Positions 17,128 to 26,791 are shown, numbered from the stretch's first letter. The stretch is DNA of 64,000 nt from Candidatus Omnitrophota bacterium (GCA_041651115.1 JBAZJY010000001.1:325165-389164); one strand, 5' to 3'. Made by a program: numbers and translations. The notes: a model not told the origin generated them from the letters alone.

Positions 17128-18838
17128 ACGGCAAATATCCTTTATTTTTTTGTCCATCATCATTGCCAATCTCGCGGGCCTGGTCTTTCCGTGGGTGGTG
17201 AAAATGGTAATTGATGAAATCATTCTTAAAAAAGATTTACGCTTGCTTAACAGCGCAGTAGCCTGGCTGGCCGTTAGTTTCATTGTTAAGGCGATTTTCG
17301 GATTTAGCCGCGAATACCTTGCTTCGCTGACCGGCGAAGGGATCATGGCTGACCTGCGTAACCGGATCTATTGGCACCTGCATCAGCTTTCGGTAAAATA
17401 CGTTGATAATACGCCTGCGGGAAAGATCATTTCCGGCCTCACCGGCGACGTAGAAAGCATAAAGGAATTTATTTCCGGCGGTGCGGTAGATTTCATTTAT
17501 TCTTTTTTTAGCCTCATTTTTGTGGCTGTGATGCTGGTAACGCTTGACTGGAAGCTTGCCTTTATTGCCCTGTTTTACTTGCCGGTATTTGCCGCAGCAT
17601 TCCTGAAGCTTTCTCCCCGCTTAAAAGAAAAACACGCAATAGTAAGGGAGAAATACAGCGAGATGACCTCGCGGATAAGCGAGGTATTGAACGGAATGCG
17701 CGTTGTTGCCGGGTTTTCCGGGGAGAAGAAAGAGACGGATATTTTCAGCGGAAAACAGAAAGAGATATTCAGCGCGGCTATGGGCAGCCATCGGTTAAGC
17801 ATATTTCTTTGGATGACAGCGGAATTTCTAAGTTCGCTGGGTTTAGCCATGCTTGTCTGGTTCGGGGCAAGGCAGGTGATCGCAGGGGATCTTTCCATCG
17901 GGACTTTAATGGCTTTTTATACGTATACCGGGCTGCTTTTTTACCCGGCGATCAGGATGGCGATCATCAATAATTATTATCAGGAAGCCTCTGCTTCAAT
18001 GGACCGGGTAGAGGCAGTATTAGCTACGGAGCCGGGAATAAAGGAGCGATTGCATCCAATCAGGCCTTCGCGAATTGAGGGGAATGTAATTTTTTCAGCA
18101 GTGACTTTTGGTTATGACGTTAACGCGCCCGTGCTTCAAGGCGTTAACCTTAATGTGGCCAAGTCGGAAACCGTGGCCATTGTCGGTAAAAGCGGCAGCG
18201 GCAAGACTACCCTGATAAACCTGCTTCTTAGATTTTACGATCCGGTCCAAGGAGATATTTTTATTGACGGATATAACCTGCGTGACCTGTCGCTTGAGGC
18301 ATACCGTTCGCGGATCGCCCTGGTCATTCAGGACGACTACTTATTCGGCTCCAGCATAAAAGAGAATATTGCTTATGCCAGGCCGGGGAGTTCCGACGAT
18401 GAAATCATCAAGGCGGCAAAACTGGCAAACGCTCATCAGTTTATCGTTGAATTGCCGGACGGCTATGATACCCAGATCGGCGAGCGCGGGATAAAGCTTT
18501 CTTTTGGCCAGCGCCAGAGAATCTCAATTTCCCGGGCGATCTTGCGCGATCCGGTAATACTTATCCTTGATGAAGCCACATCCGGCGTGGATTCCGAGAC
18601 CGAGCGCTTGATCATTGAGGATGCGTTTAAAAAGCTGATGCGGGGCAGGACGACTTTTGTCATTTCTCATCGCCTCAGCGCGTTAAACTACGCTGACAGG
18701 ATCATTTTCATTGAGGCCGGCAGGATAATTGAAACCGGCAGCCACGCCGAGCTTTTAGGAAAAAAGGGCAGTTATTGGAGAATGTGGTTCAGTGCGGAAG
18801 GTTATAAAAATAATGCGTATCAAGAGGCTGCTGGGTAG
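17078..18838 (+). CDS. ABC transporter, fused permease/ATP-binding exporter (MsbA-like); no C39 peptidase domain
   Basis: Six predicted TM helices then Walker A (GKSGSGKTT), signature (LSFGQRQR) and Walker B (ILILDEATS). Overlaps the rSAM gene by 50 nt. Confidence 0.85.
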   Translation: MKNLKLRPFLRLLKPYKRQISFIFLSIIIANLAGLVFPWVVKMVIDEIILKKDLRLLNSAVAWLAVSFIVKAIFGFSREYLASLTGEGIMADLRNRIYWHLHQLSVKYVDNTPAGKIISGLTGDVESIKEFISGGAVDFIYSFFSLIFVAVMLVTLDWKLAFIALFYLPVFAAAFLKLSPRLKEKHAIVREKYSEMTSRISEVLNGMRVVAGFSGEKKETDIFSGKQKEIFSAAMGSHRLSIFLWMTAEFLSSLGLAMLVWFGARQVIAGDLSIGTLMAFYTYTGLLFYPAIRMAIINNYYQEASASMDRVEAVLATEPGIKERLHPIRPSRIEGNVIFSAVTFGYDVNAPVLQGVNLNVAKSETVAIVGKSGSGKTTLINLLLRFYDPVQGDIFIDGYNLRDLSLEAYRSRIALVIQDDYLFGSSIKENIAYARPGSSDDEIIKAAKLANAHQFIVELPDGYDTQIGERGIKLSFGQRQRISISRAILRDPVILILDEATSGVDSETERLIIEDAFKKLMRGRTTFVISHRLSALNYADRIIFIEAGRIIETGSHAELLGKKGSYWRMWFSAEGYKNNAYQEAAG

Positions 18839-20639
18839 GTTCTTACTGAACAACTTTTACCGTAATATCCGGACGCAGATTGCGATCGTTTTGAGCATCG
18901 TGATCACTATCCCGGTTGTATTGCTGGGCGTTTCGCTGATTGATAATTCCCACCGGGCAGTAAAAAAATCCGTTTTGAGTAACCACAAGGAAATCGTTGC
19001 GCGCGCAGCCGAAGAGATCAGCTTGATCTTAAAACGTTCCGAAGACGTTTTAAGCGCGACTGCCGCAATGATCGGCTCGACGCATTTAGGGGCCTGGCAG
19101 CAGGAAACCGTGTTGGTCGGCCTTACGCTTGACAAGCCTGCTTTCATCAGGATAACTTCGTTTGAACTTTCAGGAAAAATGACGGCTACTTCCGACTTGG
19201 GTAAGTTCTTTGTACTTAATTACACCGATAACATAGTACAAAAGCCATTAGCCGGCCAGACCTATATTTCCGAAGTCAGGTTTCAGGATTCCAATCATCT
19301 GCCGTATCTTGGCATGTCTGTTCCGATAAGAGAAAACGGTAAGGTAAAAGGAATACTCGCGGCTGATATTAACCTGAGGAGCCTTTGGGATGTTGTTGAC
19401 GCCATACGCATCGGTACTACTGGCAGGGCATTCCTTGTATCCGGCGACGGTATTGTAATCGCTTCTCCGGACAAGAAGCAGGTCCTGAAGAATGAAAATA
19501 TCCGCTGGCAAAAAGACGTAAATGCCGCGCTCTTCGGTAAAAATGAGGCAGCGGCCTTTATCGATCCTGAAGGGAAAAAATGGATCAGTTCTTATGCGCC
19601 GGTGCCGGATACTGACTGGGGTATTGTCCTGCGGCAAGGAGAAAGGGAAGCGTATTCATTCTCCCGCGTAATGCAGTGGCAGGCATGGCTTATTATAATT
19701 TTCTGCGAGCTTGCAGCGCTCCTGGCGGCAGCATTGCTTTCCCGGCTATTCAGCCGGCCGGTCAGGATGCTGCTTTCACGGCTTAAAAGCGCCGGCAGCA
19801 GCGATTCGGAATATAAGATCGGCATAAAAAGGCACGATGAGCTGGGTGAGTTGATTAAGGTATTTAACGCGCTGGGAGATAAATTAAAGATAGCGCGGGC
19901 AAATGAGAAATTTTCCAGCATCGGCGAGGCAGCAGCCTGGGTAGCGCATGAGCTCAAAAACTCCCTTGCTCCGATAAAATCATTCGTACAGATGCTGCCG
20001 TCCCGCTATACCGACGGAAAGTTCATTGATAAATTCCAGGATATCGTGCCTGAAGAGATCATGCGCTGCGAACGCATGTTAAAAGAACTTTCGGACTTTT
20101 CTTCGTCCGCAGAATTGAAGGCGCGCCGGATCAACCTTAAAGACGTCATTGACGGCGCGTTAAAAACAATGGAAGCCAGGTTTACCGATAGCGGTATTGA
20201 CGTGAGGCTCCAGGCAGATACCACTAATCTTTATATACATGGAGACCATGATAAGCTCAAGCAGGTATTCATTAATTTATTCATTAACGCGCTCGGCGCC
20301 ATGCCGCATGGCGGCAGCATAAACCTGGCAATGCGCATCGCAAGGTCAATCTACGCTAAAGGCGATTTTTTTGTTGAAGTGAATATCGGCGATACGGGCA
20401 CCGGGATCCCCCGGGAGAGGTTGACGACCATATTCGAACCGTTCCGCAGTACCAAAAAAGACGGCATGGGCCTTGGCCTTGCCATAAGCCGCAGGATCAT
20501 TGAGCAGCACGGCGGCGAAGTCCTGGTGGAGAGCCAGCTTGATAAAGGCACGATATTTACAATACGCATTCCCCAGGCTGATCCCGGCGCTAAGGAAACA
20601 CCGGAAATCCCCTCGTTTCCTTCTGTTTTCTCAAGGTAG
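18813..20639 (+). CDS. sensor histidine kinase with periplasmic Cache-like sensor domain, HAMP, HisKA and HATPase_c
   Basis: TM1 IAIVLSIVITIPVVLLGV, about 250-aa periplasmic region, TM2, H-box AAWVAHELKNSLAP, G-boxes GDTGTGIP / GLGLAISRRIIEQHGGEV. The ATG at 18813 overlaps the ABC 3' end. Confidence 0.8.
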   Translation: MRIKRLLGRFLLNNFYRNIRTQIAIVLSIVITIPVVLLGVSLIDNSHRAVKKSVLSNHKEIVARAAEEISLILKRSEDVLSATAAMIGSTHLGAWQQETVLVGLTLDKPAFIRITSFELSGKMTATSDLGKFFVLNYTDNIVQKPLAGQTYISEVRFQDSNHLPYLGMSVPIRENGKVKGILAADINLRSLWDVVDAIRIGTTGRAFLVSGDGIVIASPDKKQVLKNENIRWQKDVNAALFGKNEAAAFIDPEGKKWISSYAPVPDTDWGIVLRQGEREAYSFSRVMQWQAWLIIIFCELAALLAAALLSRLFSRPVRMLLSRLKSAGSSDSEYKIGIKRHDELGELIKVFNALGDKLKIARANEKFSSIGEAAAWVAHELKNSLAPIKSFVQMLPSRYTDGKFIDKFQDIVPEEIMRCERMLKELSDFSSSAELKARRINLKDVIDGALKTMEARFTDSGIDVRLQADTTNLYIHGDHDKLKQVFINLFINALGAMPHGGSINLAMRIARSIYAKGDFFVEVNIGDTGTGIPRERLTTIFEPFRSTKKDGMGLGLAISRRIIEQHGGEVLVESQLDKGTIFTIRIPQADPGAKETPEIPSFPSVFSR

Positions 20640-20736
20640 AATCAGGACAGTAGAAAGTAGATTTAGCCCATTTACAATTCCGGAAAAAATAGTTATATTA
20701 GTTAGGGATACATATAAAATGCAACCGGGAGAAAAT

Positions 20737-21477
20737 ATGCCCTTAAGAGAAACGATCCTGATCGTAGATGATACAGAAAGCATTAGGAAGATATTCGTTA
20801 CGGCGTTTGACGAATACAGAATGATCACCGCGGCAAACGGGCAGGAAGCTTTGAGCATCCTGAATAGGCCTAATGATGTGGGGCTTGTGGTCTTGGATGT
20901 AATGATGCCCGGGATAAACGGCCTGGAACTTTTAAAAGAAATAAAACAGGCAAATCCCCGTTCCAAGGTTGTGATCATGACCGCATATAGCTCCAAGGAC
21001 ATCGCCGTTGAAGCTTTACGCTCAAATGCCGACGATTACATTGAGAAGCCGTTTGACATAGACGAGGTGAAGAAAATGTTTGATCGGCTACTCAAGCAGT
21101 CCGGTTATGGAGAAAGCGCAGGGCGCCCGGTTCAAAATGATAAGATCCAGTTGGCCCAGCGGCTGGTGAGACGGAATTACAACCGGCCGTTTTCCCTGCA
21201 GGATGCCTCAAAAGAGCTTTTTCTAAATTATAAATACCTAAGCCGGATATTCAAAAAGAAAACCGGCAAAGGCTTTAGCCAGTACCGTATGGAATTAAAG
21301 ATCAGCTCTGCAAAACAGATGCTAAGGGACAGCCGCGACAGTATTACCCTGATCGCTTATAAAGTTGGTTATCATAACCCGGATTCCTTCATGAAAATGT
21401 TCAAGCGGGTAACCGGCACAACGCCGTCAGACTTTCGTGCCGGCATCAGTGGCAAGGCTAAAGCCGAAAAAGTATAA
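20737..21477 (+). CDS. response regulator: receiver domain plus AraC-type HTH output
   Basis: ILIVDDTESIRKIF...VVLDVMMPGINGLELLKEIK (REC). C-terminal AraC HTH (ITLIAYKVGYHNPDSFMKMFKRVTGTTPSDFR). Confidence 0.8.
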   Translation: MPLRETILIVDDTESIRKIFVTAFDEYRMITAANGQEALSILNRPNDVGLVVLDVMMPGINGLELLKEIKQANPRSKVVIMTAYSSKDIAVEALRSNADDYIEKPFDIDEVKKMFDRLLKQSGYGESAGRPVQNDKIQLAQRLVRRNYNRPFSLQDASKELFLNYKYLSRIFKKKTGKGFSQYRMELKISSAKQMLRDSRDSITLIAYKVGYHNPDSFMKMFKRVTGTTPSDFRAGISGKAKAEKV

Positions 21478-21493
21478 TTAAAAGGGGTAACTA

Positions 21494-21856
21494 ATGGCTG
21501 GCCGTAATTTGGCGCTCGTTATTGATGACGACAAGGTTGTCAGGGACTTCCTGGTAAGGTTTCTGGAGCTTAAGGGGATGGCGGCCGTAGCCGTAGCTAC
21601 CGGCCAGGAAGCCATTGAAGAAATAAAGAAAAAGGCCTACAGTATTGTCCTTATCGAAGTAAAGATGCCTGGCATGGACGGCCTGGAAACACTTATTGAG
21701 CTTAAAAAAGTCAATACCGGCGTTAAATATGTGATGATGACCGGCGATTATACGGATCTGCGGATAAAATCGGCAGAGAGGGAAGGGGCGCTGATCTGTA
21801 TGAAAAAGCCGTTTGATATTGCCGAGCTTTCGCAAGTAATCGCTGAGTTTATATAA
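21494..21856 (+). CDS. single-domain response regulator (CheY-like receiver)
   Basis: LVIDDDKVVRDF...VLIEVKMPGMDGLETLIELKK...MMTG: receiver motifs, no output domain. Confidence 0.8.
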   Translation: MAGRNLALVIDDDKVVRDFLVRFLELKGMAAVAVATGQEAIEEIKKKAYSIVLIEVKMPGMDGLETLIELKKVNTGVKYVMMTGDYTDLRIKSAEREGALICMKKPFDIAELSQVIAEFI

Positions 21857-21872
21857 AAAGGGATATTTTTTG

Positions 21873-21915
21873 AAAAGGGGACGTTTCCCCTTCGGGAAAC
21901 GTCCCCTTTTTCTTT
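21873..21915 (+). terminator. strong rho-independent terminator closing the peptide/two-component cluster
   Basis: Perfect 17-bp stem aaaaggggacgtttccc / gggaaacgtcccctttt with cttcg loop, followed by tttttctttg. Confidence 0.8.
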
Positions 21916-21947
21916 GAGAAAACATCCCCTTTCTTGAGCTTTTTTTC

Positions 21948-21976
21948 TTGACGCTGACAAGGTTATGTGTTAAACT
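21948..21976 (+). promoter_or_regulatory. putative sigma-70 promoter for rplU-obg-proBA...
   Basis: TTGACG, 17-nt spacer, TAAACT, 36 nt upstream of the rplU ATG, which has an AAGGAGAG RBS. Confidence 0.45.
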
Positions 21977-22011
21977 TATTGTCTTATTCATGCCAAAAAG
22001 GAGAGTTAGAA

Positions 22012-22326
22012 ATGTATGCAATAGTTGAGGTTGGAGCAAAACAGTACAACGTAAAAAAGGGCGATGTGATTGAGGTTGAAAAGCTGGAAAACGAAGCCGG
22101 TAAAGCGCTTATTTTAGATAAGGTGCTGTTGGTTTCCGGTGATGGTAAGGCAGAAATCGGCCAGCCGTACATAAAAGGCGCGTCAGTAAAGGCAGCTGTG
22201 CTTGGCCAGATCAAGGCAGACAAGGTGATTACATATAAATACCGCCGCCGTAAAGCATACCATCTTAAAAAAGGCCATCGCCAGAAAATGACCAGGATCA
22301 AGATCGAAGAGATCAAAGCCGGTTAA
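22012..22326 (+). CDS. rplU: 50S ribosomal protein L21
   Basis: MYAIVEVGAKQYNVKKGDVIEVEKL is the canonical bL21 N-terminus. Confidence 0.9.
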   Translation: MYAIVEVGAKQYNVKKGDVIEVEKLENEAGKALILDKVLLVSGDGKAEIGQPYIKGASVKAAVLGQIKADKVITYKYRRRKAYHLKKGHRQKMTRIKIEEIKAG

Positions 22327-22329
22327 TCA

Positions 22330-23298
22330 ATGTTCATTGATAGCGCGAAAGTATTTGTTCAGGGCGGCCGAGGAGGCAAGGGCTGCAGGTGTTTTTACCG
22401 CGATAAATACACCCGCAATGGTATTCCCGACGGAGGTGACGGCGGAGACGGAGGAGATGTTATTTTTCGGGCAGACCGGAACTTGCGTACCCTGCTTGAT
22501 TTTCAGTATAACCGGCATTTTCGCGGCCAGGATGGCGCGCACGGCTCGGGGAAAAATAAAAAGGGCAGGAGCGGCCTTCCTTTACTGGTCAGGGTGCCCT
22601 GCGGCACGGAAATAAAGGATTCTGCCACAGGTTGCCTGTTGCGTTCTCTTGATAAAGACACAGAAGAGGTTGTTGTAGCTAACGGCGGCAAAGGCGGAAG
22701 AGGCAACCAGCACAACCATGAAGTTACTGATCCGCAGCCCGGAGAAGAAAAAGAGCTTTTGCTTGACTTAAAGCTGATTGCCGATGCCGGCGTGGTAGGT
22801 TTTCCGAATGCCGGAAAGTCAACTTTGATCGGCGCGATTTCCAATGCGCAGCCGAAAACCGCTGCCTATCCGTTTACGACCAAATTCCCCGTGCTCGGGG
22901 TAGTTGGAGTAAAAGAAGAATCATTTATTATTGCGGATATCCCCGGGTTGATCGAAGGGTCCTCGCATGGCCGCGGATTGGGGGATAAGTTCCTGCGGCA
23001 TGTTGAGCGGACAAAAGTGCTTGTCCACATTATAGATATGGCCGGCTCCGAAGGCAGGGATCCGCTCTATGACTATCGCACGATAAATGCCGAAATAAAA
23101 AATTACAGCCGCGAAGTTTTTAAAAAGCCGCAGGTCCTTGTTGCCAATAAAATGGACCTGCCGGCAGCCAAAAAGAATTTAGAACGCTTCAAGAAAGAGA
23201 TTGGAAAACGCATTTATCCGATCTCGGCTTTGAAGCGGCAAGGTTTGGAGGAATTAATTGAAGCAATCAGGAAGACATTGCAAAAGGATCGTCGTTAA
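22330..23298 (+). CDS. obg: GTPase Obg
   Basis: MFIDSAKVFVQGGRGGKGCRCFYRDKY...GGDGGDGGDVIF Obg fold. G-domain GFPNAGKST. Confidence 0.9.
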   Translation: MFIDSAKVFVQGGRGGKGCRCFYRDKYTRNGIPDGGDGGDGGDVIFRADRNLRTLLDFQYNRHFRGQDGAHGSGKNKKGRSGLPLLVRVPCGTEIKDSATGCLLRSLDKDTEEVVVANGGKGGRGNQHNHEVTDPQPGEEKELLLDLKLIADAGVVGFPNAGKSTLIGAISNAQPKTAAYPFTTKFPVLGVVGVKEESFIIADIPGLIEGSSHGRGLGDKFLRHVERTKVLVHIIDMAGSEGRDPLYDYRTINAEIKNYSREVFKKPQVLVANKMDLPAAKKNLERFKKEIGKRIYPISALKRQGLEELIEAIRKTLQKDRR

Positions 23299-24334
23299 GA
23301 TCGGCAGCAGCCTGTTTTTTAGGAAACAGGACTCCTCAGGCATTGATCTTGATTTTAATATTTTGCACGGCATTGCCCGGCAAATTACCGATTTGATGGA
23401 AGCCGGAAATGAGGTGGTAATCGTTTCTTCCGGCGCAATTGCATTAGGGATGTCGCTATTAAAAGTATCGGCAAGGCCGAAAGAATTGTCCCGTTTACAG
23501 GCAATGGCAGCAATCGGCCAGCATGAGCTGATGGATATATACCGCGAGCTGTTTAACCGTAGTAAGTTGAATTGCGGGCAGGTGCTTTTGACTTACGAGG
23601 ATTTTAATGACAGGCAGCGTTATCTTAACGCCAAGAATACCCTGCTGACGCTTTTAAAATTGAAAAGCGTGCCGGTGATCAATGAAAATGATACGGTATC
23701 AACGGAAGAGATAAAATTCGGAGATAACGACAAGTTGTCCGCGTTAGTTGCCAGCCTGATTTCAGCGGATATCCTGGTTATGCTTTCCGACGTTGACGGG
23801 CTTCTGGATAATAATAAGAAAGTGATCAAAGTAGTAACGAAGATAAACCAGCAGATAAAAAGCTTTGCTTGTCCGACCGACAAAGTTACCTGCGTCGGAG
23901 GCATGATCGCCAAGATTGATGCTGCCAAGATCGCGGTTGATTCAGGGATTGCCTGCGTAATTGCCAATGGCCGCCGGGAGAACGTTCTTGCCCGGATCGC
24001 GGATGACCCGATGGCAAGCGGCACATTGTTCCTGCCGGAAAAGCGGCTTGATGAACGGCAGCGCTGGATCGCCTTCGGTACCAAGTCAAAAGGCAGGATC
24101 ATCGTTGACGACGGAGCGAAAAAGGCGCTTTTAAATAAGAAAAGCCTACTATCCGTCGGGATCAGCGACGCGGAAGGGTTATTTGAGTGCGGAGATGTTG
24201 TCAGTATTGTTGATGCGCGCGGTAATGAATTTGCCCGCGGTAAGACCTGCGTTTCCTGCCATCAACTGGGAAAAATTAAGGGCAGGCATTCTGATAAAGA
24301 AGTAATCCATTGCGATAATATTGTCATGCTATGA
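23258..24334 (+). CDS. proB: glutamate 5-kinase (with PUA domain); TTG start, 41-nt overlap with obg
   Basis: KRIVVKIGSSLF...VVIVSSGAIALGM and C-terminal PUA-like region. No in-frame ATG; TTG immediately follows an in-frame TAA. Confidence 0.8.
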   Translation: MKQSGRHCKRIVVKIGSSLFFRKQDSSGIDLDFNILHGIARQITDLMEAGNEVVIVSSGAIALGMSLLKVSARPKELSRLQAMAAIGQHELMDIYRELFNRSKLNCGQVLLTYEDFNDRQRYLNAKNTLLTLLKLKSVPVINENDTVSTEEIKFGDNDKLSALVASLISADILVMLSDVDGLLDNNKKVIKVVTKINQQIKSFACPTDKVTCVGGMIAKIDAAKIAVDSGIACVIANGRRENVLARIADDPMASGTLFLPEKRLDERQRWIAFGTKSKGRIIVDDGAKKALLNKKSLLSVGISDAEGLFECGDVVSIVDARGNEFARGKTCVSCHQLGKIKGRHSDKEVIHCDNIVML

Positions 24335-25587
24335 ACATTAAAATAGAAATGATAAAAATTGCTAGAGCGGCACAAGAAGCTTCAAGGGGGCTCGCCTGTC
24401 TTTCCAGCGCAGAAAAGAACCGCGTATTGGAAGAGATGGCTGCTGCGTTGCTGGAAAAAAGCTGCGTTATCCTTAAGGCGAACAAGGCCGATGTTGACGC
24501 CGCAGTGAAAAATAAGCTTCCCAGGCCCCTGGTTGATCGCCTTACTTTAAACGAAAAGCGGCTCAGGGATATGGCAGATTCTTTGATCGAGCTTACCAAG
24601 CTGGCTGATCCGGTAGGCGAAGTTATGAAGGCATGGCGCAGGCCAAACGGCCTGTGGATACATAAAGTGCGCACGCCTATCGGCGTAGTGGCAATAATCT
24701 ATGAATCAAGGCCGAACGTAACCGCTGATTGCGCCGGGCTCTGTTTTAAATCCGGCAACAGCGTGATCTTAAAGGGCGGCAGTGAGGCGCTGAATTCCAA
24801 TTTGGCGATTTATGAAGCATTGCGGCAGGTACTGGTGTGCAACGGTATTCCTGAAGCCGCGGTGAGCATGATTGCTTCATCCCGGAGGTCTGCGGTTGAT
24901 GCGCTCCTTAAATTAAACGATTACATTGACGTGGTTATTCCGCGCGGCGGCGAAGGCCTGATCAAAAAAGTCGTGGAATGTTCGCGCATACCGGTAATCA
25001 AGCATTACAAGGGTATCTGCCATGTTTTCGTGGATGAGTTTGCAAGCCTGAAAATGGCGCAGGAGATTTGTTTTAATGCCAAAGTCCAGAGGCCGGGAGT
25101 ATGCAATGCCATGGAAAGCATGCTGGTGCATAAGAATATCGCCGTTAAATTTTTGCCGGCAATGGCAAGGCGCTTTAAAAAAGCAGGCGTTGAAATCCGC
25201 GGGTGCGCAGCTACGCGCAAGCTGATCAGGTGGGCAAAAAAAGCAACGGAAAAGGATTTCCGCACGGAATATCTTGATTTAAAGCTTTCCGTCCGGGTGG
25301 TTGATAACCTGGAACAAGCAATCGGCCATATAAATGTTTACGGGTCGCGCCATTCCGACAGCATTATTACGGAAAACTATGATAACGCAATGCGTTTTTT
25401 AAGGGCTGTGGATTCTGCCTGCGTCTACGTGAATGCCTCTACGCGTTTTACCGACGGTTATCAGTTCGGCATGGGCGCGGAGATCGGGATTTCCACGGAC
25501 AAGCTGCACTGCCGCGGCCCGATGGCGCTGGAAGAGCTGACAACCTATAAATATATGGTCTTTGGAAACGGGCAAATTCGCTCATGA
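24331..25587 (+). CDS. proA: gamma-glutamyl phosphate reductase
   Basis: VVAIIYESRPNVTADCAGLCFKSGNSVILKGGSEA, an aldehyde-dehydrogenase-type ProA motif. ATGA overlap with proB. Confidence 0.9.
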   Translation: MNIKIEMIKIARAAQEASRGLACLSSAEKNRVLEEMAAALLEKSCVILKANKADVDAAVKNKLPRPLVDRLTLNEKRLRDMADSLIELTKLADPVGEVMKAWRRPNGLWIHKVRTPIGVVAIIYESRPNVTADCAGLCFKSGNSVILKGGSEALNSNLAIYEALRQVLVCNGIPEAAVSMIASSRRSAVDALLKLNDYIDVVIPRGGEGLIKKVVECSRIPVIKHYKGICHVFVDEFASLKMAQEICFNAKVQRPGVCNAMESMLVHKNIAVKFLPAMARRFKKAGVEIRGCAATRKLIRWAKKATEKDFRTEYLDLKLSVRVVDNLEQAIGHINVYGSRHSDSIITENYDNAMRFLRAVDSACVYVNASTRFTDGYQFGMGAEIGISTDKLHCRGPMALEELTTYKYMVFGNGQIRS

Positions 25588-26153
25588 AGCTAGGCATATT
25601 AGGCGGCACATTTAATCCCGTGCATATCGGGCATTTGATCCTGGCAGAGGAGATCAGGGAAAAAGCCGGGCTTGATAAAATCATCTTTGTGCCCGCTTAC
25701 CTGCCGCCGCACAAAGTAAGCTCGGACATTGCCGCTGCTTCAGACCGTTTTAATATGCTGAAGATGGCGCTCAAGGGCAATCCGCATTTCGGCATATCCG
25801 ACGCAGAAATAAAGCGCCAAGGCCAATCGTATACGATTGATACGGTCAGGCAGCTTAAGGACAGGTTCCCCGATGATGAGCTTTATTTTATTACCGGCTC
25901 AGACCTTTTAAAATACCTTGATGAGTGGAAGGACCTTTCTGAAATTTTGCAGCTGGTTAAGTTCATCGTCGCGACGCGGCCCGGATATCCTCTGGAAAAG
26001 ATACCGGCATATATCTCAACCGTATCTATCCGCGCAGTGGACGTATCGGGTTTTGAAGTAAGGCAGGCGGCAAAAGGCGGGAAATCGTTCCGCTATCTCG
26101 TTCCGGAGCAGGTATTTAATTATATTACGAAAAGGAAACTTTATACGAAATGA
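25584..26153 (+). CDS. nadD: nicotinate-nucleotide adenylyltransferase
   Basis: LGILGGTFNPVHIGHLILAEE (HxGH nucleotidyltransferase motif). Confidence 0.85.
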   Translation: MKLGILGGTFNPVHIGHLILAEEIREKAGLDKIIFVPAYLPPHKVSSDIAAASDRFNMLKMALKGNPHFGISDAEIKRQGQSYTIDTVRQLKDRFPDDELYFITGSDLLKYLDEWKDLSEILQLVKFIVATRPGYPLEKIPAYISTVSIRAVDVSGFEVRQAAKGGKSFRYLVPEQVFNYITKRKLYTK

Positions 26154-26791
26154 TCAAGATCGCCCCTTCAATTTTATCCGCGGATTTCAGCTGCCTCGGT
26201 AAAGAAATAAAAAAAGTGGAGCAGGCGGGAGCTGACCTTATCCACGTTGATATTATGGACGGCCATTTTGTCCCGAATATTACCATTGGCCCGGCCGTAG
26301 TAAAGGACATCAGGCGGCATACAAAACTGCCTCTTGACGTGCACTTGATGATCAAATGCCCGTGGAATTTCGTTGCCAAGTTTGTTGATGCCGGAAGCGA
26401 TATGATCACCGTGCATGTAGAAACGATAACTGCCGGCCGTTTTAAGGCGCTGGCAAAAAACTTAAAAAACCGAAGGATAAGAGTGGGGATATCCCTGAAC
26501 CCCGCTACTCCTATGGCAAAACTTATTCCGGTATTGAAATTTTGTGATTTTGTGCTGGTAATGTCCGTGAATCCGGGTTTTGGCGGACAGGATTTTATGT
26601 TGCAGGCGTTGCCTAAGATCAAGCAGCTGCGCAGGGTATTTAAAAAGGATATTTCCGTGGATGGCGGGATAAATGAAAAGACAGCGGGCCTGGTAATATC
26701 TGCCGGCGCCAACATCCTGGCTGCCGGTTCGTATATTTTCAAATCAAAAAATTATAGGGAGGCCATAGGGAGACTAAGATGTGCGAAATAA
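26150..26791 (+). CDS. rpe: ribulose-phosphate 3-epimerase
   Basis: IAPSILSADFSCLGKEIKKVEQAGADLIHVDIMDGHFVPNITIGP. Confidence 0.9.
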   Translation: MIKIAPSILSADFSCLGKEIKKVEQAGADLIHVDIMDGHFVPNITIGPAVVKDIRRHTKLPLDVHLMIKCPWNFVAKFVDAGSDMITVHVETITAGRFKALAKNLKNRRIRVGISLNPATPMAKLIPVLKFCDFVLVMSVNPGFGGQDFMLQALPKIKQLRRVFKKDISVDGGINEKTAGLVISAGANILAAGSYIFKSKNYREAIGRLRCAK

